IMG/VR virus record: IMGVR_UViG_3300010998_000021
Location: 32,001 to 96,000 of that record
Length of the DNA stretch: 64,000 bases
Strand: one strand, 5' to 3'
Source: a virus
Lineage: Duplodnaviria > Caudoviricetes
Part shown: one piece after another, positions 40,853-50,771 of the stretch
How the letters are laid out: each line of letters starts with the position of its first letter
Position numbering within the stretch: the stretch's first letter is position 1
Made by a program: the position numbers and the translations under genes
The notes under the pieces: model-generated
What the model was told of the DNA's origin: nothing
Seen by the model: the letters and a program-made list of their open reading frames with translations, nothing else
The model's database searches: none

Positions 40853-41758
40853 TTACTCCTTTACTGAATTTAAATTTTTCATAGTAATAATATCGTTCTT
40901 TAACATCCTCAAAATATCACTGTCATCTTTGTTTCTGAAATTTTCTGTAATCCTAAAATCATCTATATTATCTTTTAAAATATTTTTCTGTTTATTTAAT
41001 ATGGCTTTAACCTTACAAATTTTAACATAATCCGTCTTACTATTAATATCTGGATGAACACGAAATTCTCCATCAAATATCGAATATACAAATTTTAATC
41101 CATAACCAATTCTCAATTCGGATATATCATCAAAATCAAAATCAAAATCATCATTTACACCATATAAGGCTTTTAGATAAAAGATGAATGATTTTGTTGC
41201 TGACAATGTATTAAACGCCTCTTCTGTAATCTGCACAGTATCGTCACTGTCAATATCGACAAAGATTAAACCAGAATATCGTGTTGTGTTAAATCTATGA
41301 TATACATTCAAAATCAAATCATTTTCATCAAAATAGCGTTTAGTATCATCGCAATTAAAGACATCGTTCCTACATCTTGAATAATTTAGCAACCCCTTGT
41401 TATATATATTTACATAACTGTTATTATTCATCAATTCTGTGTCTAAAAAATATTTCTGAACAAAAACATCAGAATCACATTCTGCAACGTTATAACCATA
41501 CAGAGGGTTATTTGTGAAATATCTGCGTATCATTTTTGTCTCAACAGACTTAGCTTCTTTTTCTGTATTAAACTCACCTATTAAAATATGTTCAATATTT
41601 TGCCATCCATATTTTTGGATAGCATTCCATATAAGAGGTTGATAACTGTAACCAATTCCATTTTTCCCAAATCTCGTATTTAAATCTTTGCACGTATATC
41701 CATAATACCTTTTTCCATTTGGAAACAGATGAAGATAAACTTTATGCTTATTATTCAA
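40853..41758 (-). CDS. GIY-YIG domain protein
   Basis: VY..YYG.T..RF..AIQKYGW..E..GYN. Confidence 0.75.
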   Translation of the reverse strand: MNNKHKVYLHLFPNGKRYYGYTCKDLNTRFGKNGIGYSYQPLIWNAIQKYGWQNIEHILIGEFNTEKEAKSVETKMIRRYFTNNPLYGYNVAECDSDVFVQKYFLDTELMNNNSYVNIYNKGLLNYSRCRNDVFNCDDTKRYFDENDLILNVYHRFNTTRYSGLIFVDIDSDDTVQITEEAFNTLSATKSFIFYLKALYGVNDDFDFDFDDISELRIGYGLKFVYSIFDGEFRVHPDINSKTDYVKICKVKAILNKQKNILKDNIDDFRITENFRNKDDSDILRMLKNDIITMKNLNSVKE

Positions 41759-44516
41759 CTATTACCACCTCTGTCTCTATCATAGAAAATCCAATTCCTT
41801 CATATTGAAAATCTGGATGTTCATCACAAAATTTAGGGAAACAGATTTTGTTGTTTTTGTGTTTCAATAAGTTTTTAATAATTTGTTCACCACATATATC
41901 CCAAGCAAACTGTTTTGTTGAGTTTTTCCCATAACATATATCAAGAACTATATTACACAATTCTTCCTCATTGGTACATATCACTTCACATTCAGCACGA
42001 AAAACATCAGCTATTTTTTGTTTCTCTGCTGTAATATCGTCAAATCTTTCTAAACGCGCACGTTTACGAAGTTTATCAAGTTTCATTATATATGTGTTAT
42101 ACATATTCATAATTTGATTATAGTTTGCTTTTGAATATGTCGTCTCTGATTTCATTATGTTATAATCAAATAAACTTGAATTATTTATCTTTCTCAAATA
42201 ACCGCTGAACTCATTTTCAAAAATCCAACTAATCCTATTTACAACACATGGGTTATATCCAACTGGCAAGAGCATATAATAATAATTCAAAAATTCTTTT
42301 TCGTCTTTGGTTAATGAATTTGAAACCAATAATTCATCAATTCCTTTAGAGAATAACGAATATGATTTAAAATCTACATTCTTAACAAAAATATCGTATT
42401 CCTTTTTTAAATGTGGATAGACGTAAATCATAAAGTATGGTTTTCGATCAGCTACAATGCTCATATTAAAATGTTTCCGCTCTATGGTTTCTTTGTCATC
42501 ACCATCTTTAACAACATTTGGTCTGCGGCTATACCATTCATCTGGCATCGGCTTTGCAATAATTCCTTTTGCCCTGTCGATTGTACATTGCTGATAATGC
42601 TGACCACACATAATCCTATCGCTTAATTCGTTATATGCTTCGTCTGTTAATTCGGCATTTGCCTGTCTTTCAATCATTGTTGTTACACGATTAGTAACTG
42701 TCCCTATGTCATCATTAAAAGCTAACTTGTTAGAAGCTATAATGGATTTATCATCTGGAATTACCTTATCAGCCTTATGTTGCACACATACTATAGTTGG
42801 AGAGTTTTTCGTCCTGCGAAGAATAATCGGATTATCTGTATCCATATTAGTATCGCCATCTTTGTCTTGTCCGTTCATGGCGTCACAAGTTGTATCCCAT
42901 GCGTTCAGAATAATAGCAGTAGTGATGTACTGATACCAATGCTTTACATTTTCGTCTGCATTCAGTTTTAACTTGCGTATATTATTATGGCATGTCATAG
43001 GCGCACGAAAACACGACAATTCTTTAGAACCTTTATCAATCCAGTATTTATGATATAGTTCTCCTGATTTTAATAACCCTGTCACTTCCAAGCCATACAT
43101 GCTCTGACATAGTGCATAAGGATCACCAGAAATCATAGCATAATTTGCTTCAATAGATATTACGCCTTTTTTGGCATCGTTAATCCGCTTGCTAATCATG
43201 GTCATGATACGCTTATGAACAAACGGATCGTTTATCATTTGAGGTTCAATCATCAATGCGCGAGAAACATAATCAAAGTTCTCAGAGCCAAAACCAGCAA
43301 ACACATTTTTGCTGTTTAATCCCATTCCGCAAAGAAACACGATTGCTTTCCTATAATCCATGCCGAATATATCTTTAATGCTGTCGATTGTCGGTTTGCA
43401 AAGTTCATATAGTTCAGCATCATCAAATTCATAGCTCTGTAAAAATTGATAATTTGTATTGTGGATGTGTTCTAATTCCATAGGAGTTGTCTTTGTCGCA
43501 GAAAACTCATAGTGGTTATTCTGACAGTTTTTGTAGAAATCCTCCCAATTTTTATAACCATCCCATAGTTTTAGCATTGACGTTGTAAGTATCACATCTG
43601 CTTCTCTGACATCGCGATCATCGCCCCATGCGTCCTTGATAATATAAGTTCCTGCGACCTTTTCCGCGAACTCTACAAAGTCAAAAGTATAAACCATTCC
43701 TTTTGTCCACGCATAGCGACAAGTAAATCCAGATAAGGTTTCATCTTCAATATCGTTTAAGAAAAGATTTATCTTCTTTGAATATTCTGGTGACATCAAG
43801 CCATAGCCATCAGAATCGTTGTGTTCGATTTCATAATTTTCAACATGTGTTAATGTTGGTTTTCCTTCATTGGCATCATCTATAAGAATTACATTGTCCG
43901 TAAAATGTGTAATACAGTCATTAACTACAATAATTCCTTTCGGTTCTGGAAGTGCTACAGAGCCAGAACACACAAGAGCCTGATATGCCTCTAATTTTGC
44001 AGGAACTAAAAGCTGCTCTTTATTTCGTCCATTATCAATTCTTTCCTGAAGCTGGTCATGAAGTCTTTTACTTACATAGACGATAGTTGAATTTTTAATT
44101 CCCCCGTTTGTTCCAAGAAGTCTTTTATATTCAACACCGTTTACAGTGAAACCTTTTGAGTTCAGGAGATCATAATCTTTATTACTATCCATAACCACAC
44201 AGAGATAATCTTTTTGATATTGGATATCGTAGAGCGTTTGATATAAATTGCGAATTAATGCTTTTGTTTCGGGTGAACGCTTTCTCTTTTTTACCTGTTT
44301 CATTTTCCGTTTGATTTCTTTTGCTTTATCGTCAGAATCCAATGCGTTATTAAACTCATCAATGAAGCGCAAAATCTGGCTGTCGTTTAAAGATATGATA
44401 CACTCTGGATAATCGCGCATGGCAACATCTAAAGGAAGTTCATATTTATAATTTGATTTCCTTATGTCTCTTGAATGTAATTTATAAACAAACTTATGGC
44501 ATCGTTTTTGTTCTAT
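41751..44516 (-). CDS. YonO-like single-subunit DNA-dependent RNA polymerase (probable ATA start)
   Basis: Catalytic D-x-DGD (GQDKDGD), CFRAP, SDGYG and KGM motifs; GGGAGGT RBS 7 nt before ATA. Confidence 0.85.
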   Translation of the reverse strand: MEQKRCHKFVYKLHSRDIRKSNYKYELPLDVAMRDYPECIISLNDSQILRFIDEFNNALDSDDKAKEIKRKMKQVKKRKRSPETKALIRNLYQTLYDIQYQKDYLCVVMDSNKDYDLLNSKGFTVNGVEYKRLLGTNGGIKNSTIVYVSKRLHDQLQERIDNGRNKEQLLVPAKLEAYQALVCSGSVALPEPKGIIVVNDCITHFTDNVILIDDANEGKPTLTHVENYEIEHNDSDGYGLMSPEYSKKINLFLNDIEDETLSGFTCRYAWTKGMVYTFDFVEFAEKVAGTYIIKDAWGDDRDVREADVILTTSMLKLWDGYKNWEDFYKNCQNNHYEFSATKTTPMELEHIHNTNYQFLQSYEFDDAELYELCKPTIDSIKDIFGMDYRKAIVFLCGMGLNSKNVFAGFGSENFDYVSRALMIEPQMINDPFVHKRIMTMISKRINDAKKGVISIEANYAMISGDPYALCQSMYGLEVTGLLKSGELYHKYWIDKGSKELSCFRAPMTCHNNIRKLKLNADENVKHWYQYITTAIILNAWDTTCDAMNGQDKDGDTNMDTDNPIILRRTKNSPTIVCVQHKADKVIPDDKSIIASNKLAFNDDIGTVTNRVTTMIERQANAELTDEAYNELSDRIMCGQHYQQCTIDRAKGIIAKPMPDEWYSRRPNVVKDGDDKETIERKHFNMSIVADRKPYFMIYVYPHLKKEYDIFVKNVDFKSYSLFSKGIDELLVSNSLTKDEKEFLNYYYMLLPVGYNPCVVNRISWIFENEFSGYLRKINNSSLFDYNIMKSETTYSKANYNQIMNMYNTYIMKLDKLRKRARLERFDDITAEKQKIADVFRAECEVICTNEEELCNIVLDICYGKNSTKQFAWDICGEQIIKNLLKHKNNKICFPKFCDEHPDFQYEGIGFSMIETEVVIVE

Positions 44517-44639
44517 AGCTGTTACCTCCCAAAAATCTATTATTTAATGTAAGAAAATAAACGTATATGCATTAGCCGTGTATTTCCCTGTCTAATCGTA
44601 GATATATAGATTTTTCTTGTTTACTAACAACGAAATTCA

Positions 44640-44960
44640 TCATAGATTTGATTCTGATTGCTTTCTTTCCCTTGCATCTGCCAATGCTTTAGCAACCTTC
44701 GCTTTATTATCATCTGTCATCTTTTTCTTTTTGCTCCGACCAAATACAAGTTGTTTCGGCGCAACGTATGTTTTCGATACAACGTCACCACCGCATCTTC
44801 CCACACCTTCAAATTCCCAATCGCCGGATTCAACATATTTGTCGTACTTTCTCATCATGGTTGTATCGCTTGTATAAATGGATGCATTTGATTCATCCCT
44901 ATACCATCGAATGATAGTTTCCTGTTCGTTCATTGGCGTATTTATTTCAACCACCTCCAA
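44640..44960 (-). CDS. Hypothetical protein
   Basis: GGAGG RBS; EQETII..IYTSD motif. Confidence 0.65.
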   Translation of the reverse strand: MEVVEINTPMNEQETIIRWYRDESNASIYTSDTTMMRKYDKYVESGDWEFEGVGRCGGDVVSKTYVAPKQLVFGRSKKKKMTDDNKAKVAKALADARERKQSESNL

Positions 44961-44974
44961 ATAATTATGTTGTA

Positions 44975-45682
44975 TTATTTATTCGACATACTATTTCTGA
45001 TTTGATAATTTCTTATAGCTTGCTTTACTCTCATCATTTCTACTTCATAAATATATGTACTGTCATCCATGCCTTTAATATATCTGTGCTTATCGACAAA
45101 TATTGTGAATCCTGAATGCCACTTGTTATTGCAGTCTTTGTGCCTTGCTGTTTGGCTTATTGAAATAATGTCAAGTTCTTCTAATAGTCTCATGCTTCTT
45201 CTTAAAGACCGATAATCCAACACAGGTATCTTTTCTGCAATGTTCTCCATTCTGTCAAAATATGACGAATTGTAAATATTCATTCTGATGTAAGACAAGA
45301 GCAAAAGCGCAGATGCTTTTGTAATTGTTTTAGAGTTATTTATGACAGAATTAAACTCATTGCTATATATTATTGCATAAGTCAATGGATTATTAAAAAG
45401 AGGGAGAGTAGTAAAGTATATTAAGCCAGATTCTATAGTAAGGTCTTTTATATACGTTCCGTTTAAATTGATTAGAAAACTCTTAACCTCGTCATTGATT
45501 TTGTTTTTATGCCTGTTCGGTTTATAACCACATATGGCATCAAACTCTTTGAAACTCGTTTGTACCGTTCCTTGTTTGATTAATGTTTGGATAGCAAGCG
45601 TGAACATCACTCGCTTTTTCCCGAACTGATTATTAAGGATGATCGCAGATGGCACTTTTAATGATTGTACTTTTAATTCCAT
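44975..45682 (-). CDS. Putative winged-helix DNA-binding/initiator-like protein
   Basis: LLLSYI..IAEKI..RSLRRSMRLLEELDII helix-turn-helix pattern; adjacent to repeats. Confidence 0.55.
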   Translation of the reverse strand: MELKVQSLKVPSAIILNNQFGKKRVMFTLAIQTLIKQGTVQTSFKEFDAICGYKPNRHKNKINDEVKSFLINLNGTYIKDLTIESGLIYFTTLPLFNNPLTYAIIYSNEFNSVINNSKTITKASALLLLSYIRMNIYNSSYFDRMENIAEKIPVLDYRSLRRSMRLLEELDIISISQTARHKDCNNKWHSGFTIFVDKHRYIKGMDDSTYIYEVEMMRVKQAIRNYQIRNSMSNK

Positions 45683-45726
45683 TGATAAACGTAGGTGTGA
45701 CCAAAATGTACACTCTATAATATATA

Positions 45727-45883
45727 TACAAGTATATATATATTCACTTATATAAATGTATATAATATATTAATGTCTATCTCGTTCATATATATATACT
45801 TGTACTCTTTAACAAGCATATATATTTACTATACGATTATATAGAATATATTAATGTATAACACGTAAATATATATACTTGTA
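45727..45883. repeat. Iteron-like (AT)n-ACTTGTA repeats in alternating orientation
   Basis: TACAAGTATATATA at 45727, ATATATATACTTGTA at 45790 and 45869, ACAAGCATATATAT at 45812. Confidence 0.6.
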
Positions 45884-45951
45884 AAATCCGGCTGAGAATA
45901 AGTATTCAGCATGATTGAAAACCAACAGTAGAATATATGTTCTACTATGAC

Positions 45952-45981
45952 AGTTTATCACATACCGAATATACATGTCAA
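45952..45981 (-). promoter_or_regulatory. Leftward sigmaA promoter toward the RNA polymerase operon
   Basis: CAAAATAATTA-TTGACA-18nt-TAAACT with a TG extension. Confidence 0.55.
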
Positions 45982-46749
45982 TAATTATTTTGCATGACTT
46001 AATATAAATTTACTGCAATTTTCTATACATTTATACTGCCTTTTTATTCTATGAAAAATCAGTGTATATTTACACTTGGTTATCTGGCATAATTATTCAG
46101 CGATTAATCGCCAATGATATGTATTGGGCTTTAATTGTATGCTTTCGTAATTTATTATAGTTTTTAAAAATGTAACTTTTTTGCTGAGATTTATGCCCTT
46201 TCGTGGATCATAAGTTTATGCCGATAGATTGTATTTTGAAAATGTACTTATATTGCATTTTAACTTAATGTTATAATTTGATTTTTGCGCCCTAATAATT
46301 ATTCTTCGTTTTTGGCTTAAATTGTATACTTTCTATTTTTATCGGAGAGTTATCGTTAATAGGCTTTTATTGTATGCTTAGATTTTTTAGAATGGGTAGT
46401 GTGAAAATTTTTATTGAATTTGAATTTGTGTGAGTGATGAGGGGTACGATATTGACTTTAGCTAATGAAAGCGATTCTGTATAACTTAAAAGTAGTCCCC
46501 TTATTTGTACTATTTGGTTTTTAAAAACGTGCTTTTTTTGTGGCTCTTCGTTGGTGTATTCGTTCCTGTTGCAAGTCTGAAAAAGTGCATTTTTCAGAAT
46601 TGCCAATGCTGCGAAAATAACGGTATTTTTCAAGATCAGACTGTCATTATTAAGACTGAATATCAATAATAATAAAAATCAGCAGTTTTTCGGCGTTTTG
46701 AAAAACGACTGTTTTTAAAGCAACAGTTTGTTGTTTTTAAAACAAAAGT

Positions 46750-46812
46750 TTATCCACACTAAACAATAGTTTATCCACACTAAACCGTAACTTATCCACA
46801 TACATATCCACA
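46750..46812 (+). promoter_or_regulatory. DnaA box cluster
   Basis: TTATCCACA at 46750, 46771 and 46792; ATATCCACA at 46804. Confidence 0.8.
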
Positions 46813-46869
46813 TTCAACCATGGTACACTTTTATATCAAAGTAGAGATCTATAGCAGATCAAAAATATC

Positions 46870-47255
46870 CTTCGTTCGTTGGTGCTTTTCCGCTTTTCTT
46901 TTATCGTTCCTGTCGTTGGTGGCTCTTCGTGTTTTTCGCGTTTGTCGTTCCTGTCTTCGTTCCTTTTGGCTCTTCGTTCCTGTCGTTGTTTCCTGTCGTT
47001 CACTTTTCCGCTTTTCCGTAACTATGAATATCTGTCGTTGTGTGTTCGCGTTCGTTGGCGTCTGTTGGCGTTCAATACTTGCCAATGATGCATGATATTC
47101 TTTTCCTTTTGGCTCTTCGTTCGCGTTTGCCGATATCCGGCAGCAGTTCCTTTTTTCGCGTTCAAGATCATTCTATTCGTTCGAGTTCCTTCTATATATC
47201 GCAACGAAAATAAACGTCTTTTTTTTGTGCCTTCGGTCCTGTCGTTCGTGCCGTC
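46870..47255 (+). repeat. A-poor tract of short degenerate repeats
   Basis: Recurrent TCGTT, CCTGTCGTT, TGGCTCTTCGT and CTTTTCCG. Confidence 0.7.
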
Positions 47256-47419
47256 AAAAAATCGACGTTTTGGAAAACTATGATTTTTGCGTTCGGTTTT
47301 TTTAGTTTTTCAAAACATGAGAAATCTGCATGAGTCCGGGGATGCGCCGGATGATCGTGTTCTGGTTTTGGTTCTGGATAGTTGCGGAAAATATTTTTAA
47401 AATTATTTTGTATTACCTA

Positions 47420-47476
47420 TTGACAAATGATTTTCTGTAGTGTATTATAGCATCATAGCAAGTAACCAATATACAC
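47420..47476 (+). promoter_or_regulatory. Early promoter P1 + operator
   Basis: TTGACA-17-TATTAT; GTAACCAATATAC at 47462. Confidence 0.8.
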
Positions 47477-47508
47477 ACAAAAGCACATTTTATAGGGAGG
47501 TATTCACC

Positions 47509-47817
47509 ATGATTAAAACTACTATTTGCATCGGACTTCTTGACAAGGGCACCAAAAGACAGGAGATCACAACACTTGAAGCTTTTAAGGTAGCAGCGAA
47601 TATTTTCGCAGAGACTACAGGAGGCGCGACAATCACTGAAGGCACCGGTGTTTATACACATGATGACGGTACAATCGTTATCGAGCCAACACTTGTATGT
47701 GTTATCTACGGCGCGAACACTGAACAGGTCGAGAGAGCAGCAAGCATGGCAAAAGTAGCGCTTAATCAAGAAGCCGTGACAATCGAAGTCACCGAGAGCA
47801 ATTCAAGATTTTTCTAA
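47509..47817 (+). CDS. SAM lyase-like / DUF3574-like protein
   Basis: GGATITEGTGVY..E.TL..LNQEAV pattern resembles phage SAM lyases. Confidence 0.6.
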   Translation: MIKTTICIGLLDKGTKRQEITTLEAFKVAANIFAETTGGATITEGTGVYTHDDGTIVIEPTLVCVIYGANTEQVERAASMAKVALNQEAVTIEVTESNSRFF

Positions 47818-47830
47818 ATCGGATCATAAA

Positions 47831-47862
47831 AGGGGATGCGCAAAGCATCCCTTCTTTTTTTT
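47831..47862 (+). terminator. Intrinsic terminator
   Basis: GGGATGC-GCAAA-GCATCCC followed by a T tract. Confidence 0.85.
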
Positions 47863-47880
47863 GTAGCGCGATGGATGATT

Positions 47881-48120
47881 GTTTTTCAAAACGTGGGAAT
47901 TTTGTTTTCTGTTTTTGAAAACCATCGTTTTATGCTATGGTTTTGTTTTGCAAAATCCTATTTTCCTGTTTTACGTTTTTGAAAACAAGATTTTTCTGCT
48001 ACTGGATGATAGTTTTTAAAAACATATAAAAATTGCAGTCGTTTTTAAAAATGCCGATTTTCTGAATCGTGGTTTGTGGTTTTTGAAAACTCAAAATTTT
48101 TGTTTATGGTTTTTAAAAAT
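47881..48120. repeat. Array of RTTTT-NN-AAAAY palindromes (one of many spacer arrays)
   Basis: Copies at 47881, 47911, 47945, 47975, 48012, 48041, 48079 and 48109. Confidence 0.8.
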
Positions 48121-48245
48121 TCGATTTTCCTGTTGTGCTGCCAGAGCCGAGGATGGATACAATTTTTTGGCGTTTTAAAAAATATAGAGACTGGATAGCC
48201 GGATGATCTGAATCTAAACGAATTATAAATATTACAAAATAAATA

Positions 48246-48298
48246 TTGACAAATAAAAGATGACCGTCTATAATGAATAACAAGTAAATGATATACAC
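48246..48298 (+). promoter_or_regulatory. Early promoter P2 + operator
   Basis: TTGACA-17-TATAAT; GTAAATGATATAC at 48284. Confidence 0.85.
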
Positions 48299-48323
48299 CA
48301 TTTTCTTTAAGGAGGTGGCGATC

Positions 48324-48605
48324 ATGACAAGTAGACATTATAGACAGTATCGCAGAAGGCGCGAACGTGTTATCCGAGATATTGGACAGGGTACACCATA
48401 TCAAGAATTTATAGTCGGTGATAAACTTCATGTGATTACTACAAACGCAATAATCATTATATACGGCGCGAAAGATCATACGTTAATCACCAAGCTAATT
48501 GCAAGACCAAACCAGATTAAGAAATATTATACCGATGGGAACTATCCGACAGAGATTATCGAGATCGCAAACCAGCACCAAAAAGCAGGATTGTACCACA
48601 CTTAA
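48324..48605 (+). CDS. Hypothetical early protein
   Basis: AAGGAGGT RBS; ITKLIARP.Q motif. Confidence 0.7.
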   Translation: MTSRHYRQYRRRRERVIRDIGQGTPYQEFIVGDKLHVITTNAIIIIYGAKDHTLITKLIARPNQIKKYYTDGNYPTEIIEIANQHQKAGLYHT

Positions 48606-48638
48606 AAATAATACAAAATAACGCAGGAGGGAACGGCG

Positions 48639-48929
48639 ATGAGTAGAATATGGACACAAGACGAGATCAAGAATCTCGTACAGACAAACGACAGAGTTTT
48701 ATATGGTGCATTAAGGCAATTATACGCTTGCCAGACTGCCGATGAAATAGCAGAAGGCGCAGCGAATCACAGAAACGGCGCAGGATTTAACGGCATTGAT
48801 GCCCCGTTGCTTACAAGTTTTTGCGAGTTCCTCAATAGAACAGGATTTTTAACACCAAAGCAAAAAGTAATCGCACGAAAGAAACTTGTTAAATATACAA
48901 GACAGCTAACAATGTTAGCCAACGCCTAA
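48639..48929 (+). CDS. Hypothetical early protein
   Basis: AGGAGG RBS; NG.GF..D..LTPKQ..KY..QL motif; terminator follows. Confidence 0.75.
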   Translation: MSRIWTQDEIKNLVQTNDRVLYGALRQLYACQTADEIAEGAANHRNGAGFNGIDAPLLTSFCEFLNRTGFLTPKQKVIARKKLVKYTRQLTMLANA

Positions 48930-49261
48930 AGGGATGCAGAGTCATCCCTTTTATTTTTGCGGAAAATCGCAGAAAATCCACGTTTTGCAAAACGATGGAG
49001 TATTTGCAGAAATTCTCGATTTTGGAAAACTATAATCAGAAAATCCTTGTTTTGAAAAACAATCTTGTTTTGATTATGGTTTTTGAAAACTTGATTTTTC
49101 TGTTTTTTGCAGTTTTGAAAAACAATATTCATGCATTGATAGTTTTGGAAAATTCAACTTTTCTGCTATCAGATTGCAGATTTTCCTGTTTTTGGAAAAC
49201 TATAATAATCCGTTATGGATCATGCCGGAAAAATAATATTTAAAATAATACAAAATAATTA

Positions 49262-49311
49262 TTGACAATATGGAAAATCTGATTATAATTAGAGTAGTAA
49301 AGCAAATACAC
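49262..49311 (+). promoter_or_regulatory. Early promoter P3 + operator
   Basis: TTGACA-16-TATAAT; GTAAAGCAAATAC at 49297. Confidence 0.8.
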
Positions 49312-49332
49312 ATTGTTTCATGGAGGTGCATT

Positions 49333-49611
49333 ATGAATACTTATTATGATTCTTATGAAAACTATAAAAAATTTTTAGATGACCAAGTGGAAAGAGCAGC
49401 ACATAACTTTCAGGAGGCAAAAGAAAAAGCAATCCGCGAACTTCAGGCGATGACCGTCTGGACTGCCAGCGAATACGGCGCAGGATATGCAAGTCAAATA
49501 GAAAAGATCACGAAGTATGCAACCGAATTACAGCAACTCGGATATCAGTATCGAGTATTCAACAATATGTTTGAAGATGCTATCAAGAATGATAAAAATC
49601 AGGAGGAATGA
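49333..49611 (+). CDS. Hypothetical early protein
   Basis: GGAGGT RBS. Confidence 0.7.
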   Translation: MNTYYDSYENYKKFLDDQVERAAHNFQEAKEKAIRELQAMTVWTASEYGAGYASQIEKITKYATELQQLGYQYRVFNNMFEDAIKNDKNQEE

Positions 49612-49787
49612 TGATGGCTAAAACAAGCAAGGAATATTCGGAAATTCTGGAATCAGTATTAAGAATACAGATTGGTTGTATCCGTTCAAATCCAAACTAT
49701 GAAGATAGCGATTATTTACAAGGTCAGGAAGTCGGACTTTTAACGGCAATAGATAAGATCAAGGCATCAAAATTTTTGACAGAATAA
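49611..49787 (+). CDS. Small hypothetical protein (58 aa)
   Basis: AGGAGG RBS, coupled to the upstream stop; terminator follows. Confidence 0.65.
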   Translation: MMAKTSKEYSEILESVLRIQIGCIRSNPNYEDSDYLQGQEVGLLTAIDKIKASKFLTE

Positions 49788-50049
49788 ATGAGAAGCGGAG
49801 AAATCCGCTTTTTCTTTTTGCCGTTCCGAAAATCTCCGTTTTCAAAAACCATAACAGAAAATCTGTATTTTCAAAAACGATAGCGGAAAAATCTTGTTTT
49901 TAAAAACTAACATGTTTGGTCTTATTGTTTTGGAAAATTATATTTTTCTGTATGTCGTGATGTCGTGGTTTTTCAAAACTGGAATTTATTGTGCGCCGTG
50001 ATCGTGGCGCGGATGGAAAAATAAAATGGAAAATATTTTGTATTATCTA

Positions 50050-50102
50050 TTGACATGCGGAAAATCTGGTGCTATACTACACACATAGTAAATGATATAC
50101 AC
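50050..50102 (+). promoter_or_regulatory. Early promoter P4 + operator
   Basis: TTGACA-17-TATACT; GTAAATGATATAC at 50088. Confidence 0.85.
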
Positions 50103-50132
50103 AACACACAAGCATATCAGGAGGAAAACGCC

Positions 50133-50471
50133 ATGACTAATGAAATGATTATCTTTATAAAAAGATGTGAATTAATGGAGCAGGGGATCATCGGCGGTAC
50201 TGGAAGATTTGTTGAAATTGAAATCAATGATGAACTCAGAAGACTCGAAGAGCCGGAAGAGATTCATACTTATGAATATTGGAAAAAGATCGGGTACCAG
50301 GTCAGAAAAGGTGAGAAATCACAGATTAAATTCACGATCTGGACATACAAAAAAGGAAAAGCGCAGATAGATGAGGAAACAGGCGAAGAAGTCAGCAAAG
50401 GAAGATTATATCCTCGTCAGGCATCATTTTTTACAATCGCGCAATGTGACAAAAAAGTAATCGCAAATTAA
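50133..50471 (+). CDS. ArdC-like N-terminal ssDNA-binding domain protein
   Basis: TYEYWKKIGYQVRKGEKS..IW..FF...Q motif. Confidence 0.7.
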   Translation: MTNEMIIFIKRCELMEQGIIGGTGRFVEIEINDELRRLEEPEEIHTYEYWKKIGYQVRKGEKSQIKFTIWTYKKGKAQIDEETGEEVSKGRLYPRQASFFTIAQCDKKVIAN

Positions 50472-50549
50472 ATGTTCGATGGTCAGTGTCAATCGCAGCA
50501 TTGACACTTTCCATGAAACATTTAAACACAATACAAGGAGGAAAAAATC

Positions 50550-50771
50550 ATGAAGTATATTGTTATTTATGACAGTGGCATAAGTCGTTTTTATGGTGAT
50601 ATGGAAGTTGAATACATGAAAGTTAATATTGATGGTGTAGGACTTTATGCGGAATTTCCGGCAATTAAAGGAAACGAACATGCCACATATGGAGCGTTAA
50701 AGAATCATATTATCGGTCAGGCAAGATATCACAAGATCAATCCCGAATGTCTGGAATTTCCGAATAAATGA
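50550..50771 (+). CDS. Hypothetical early protein
   Basis: AAGGAGG RBS; terminator follows. Confidence 0.65.
   Translation: MKYIVIYDSGISRFYGDMEVEYMKVNIDGVGLYAEFPAIKGNEHATYGALKNHIIGQARYHKINPECLEFPNK

Noticed and set aside
41751-44516. RNA-dependent RNA polymerase
   Set aside because: The motifs are shared with RdRPs, but the context matches DNA-dependent YonO-type phage enzymes.
1450-44891. Plus-strand ORFs opposite the structural genes (e.g. 21890-22441, 24295-24927)
   Set aside because: Antisense shadows of real minus-strand genes.
46820-47283. ORF-track ORFs in the low-complexity tract
   Set aside because: Open frames arise from the skewed composition; no convincing RBS.
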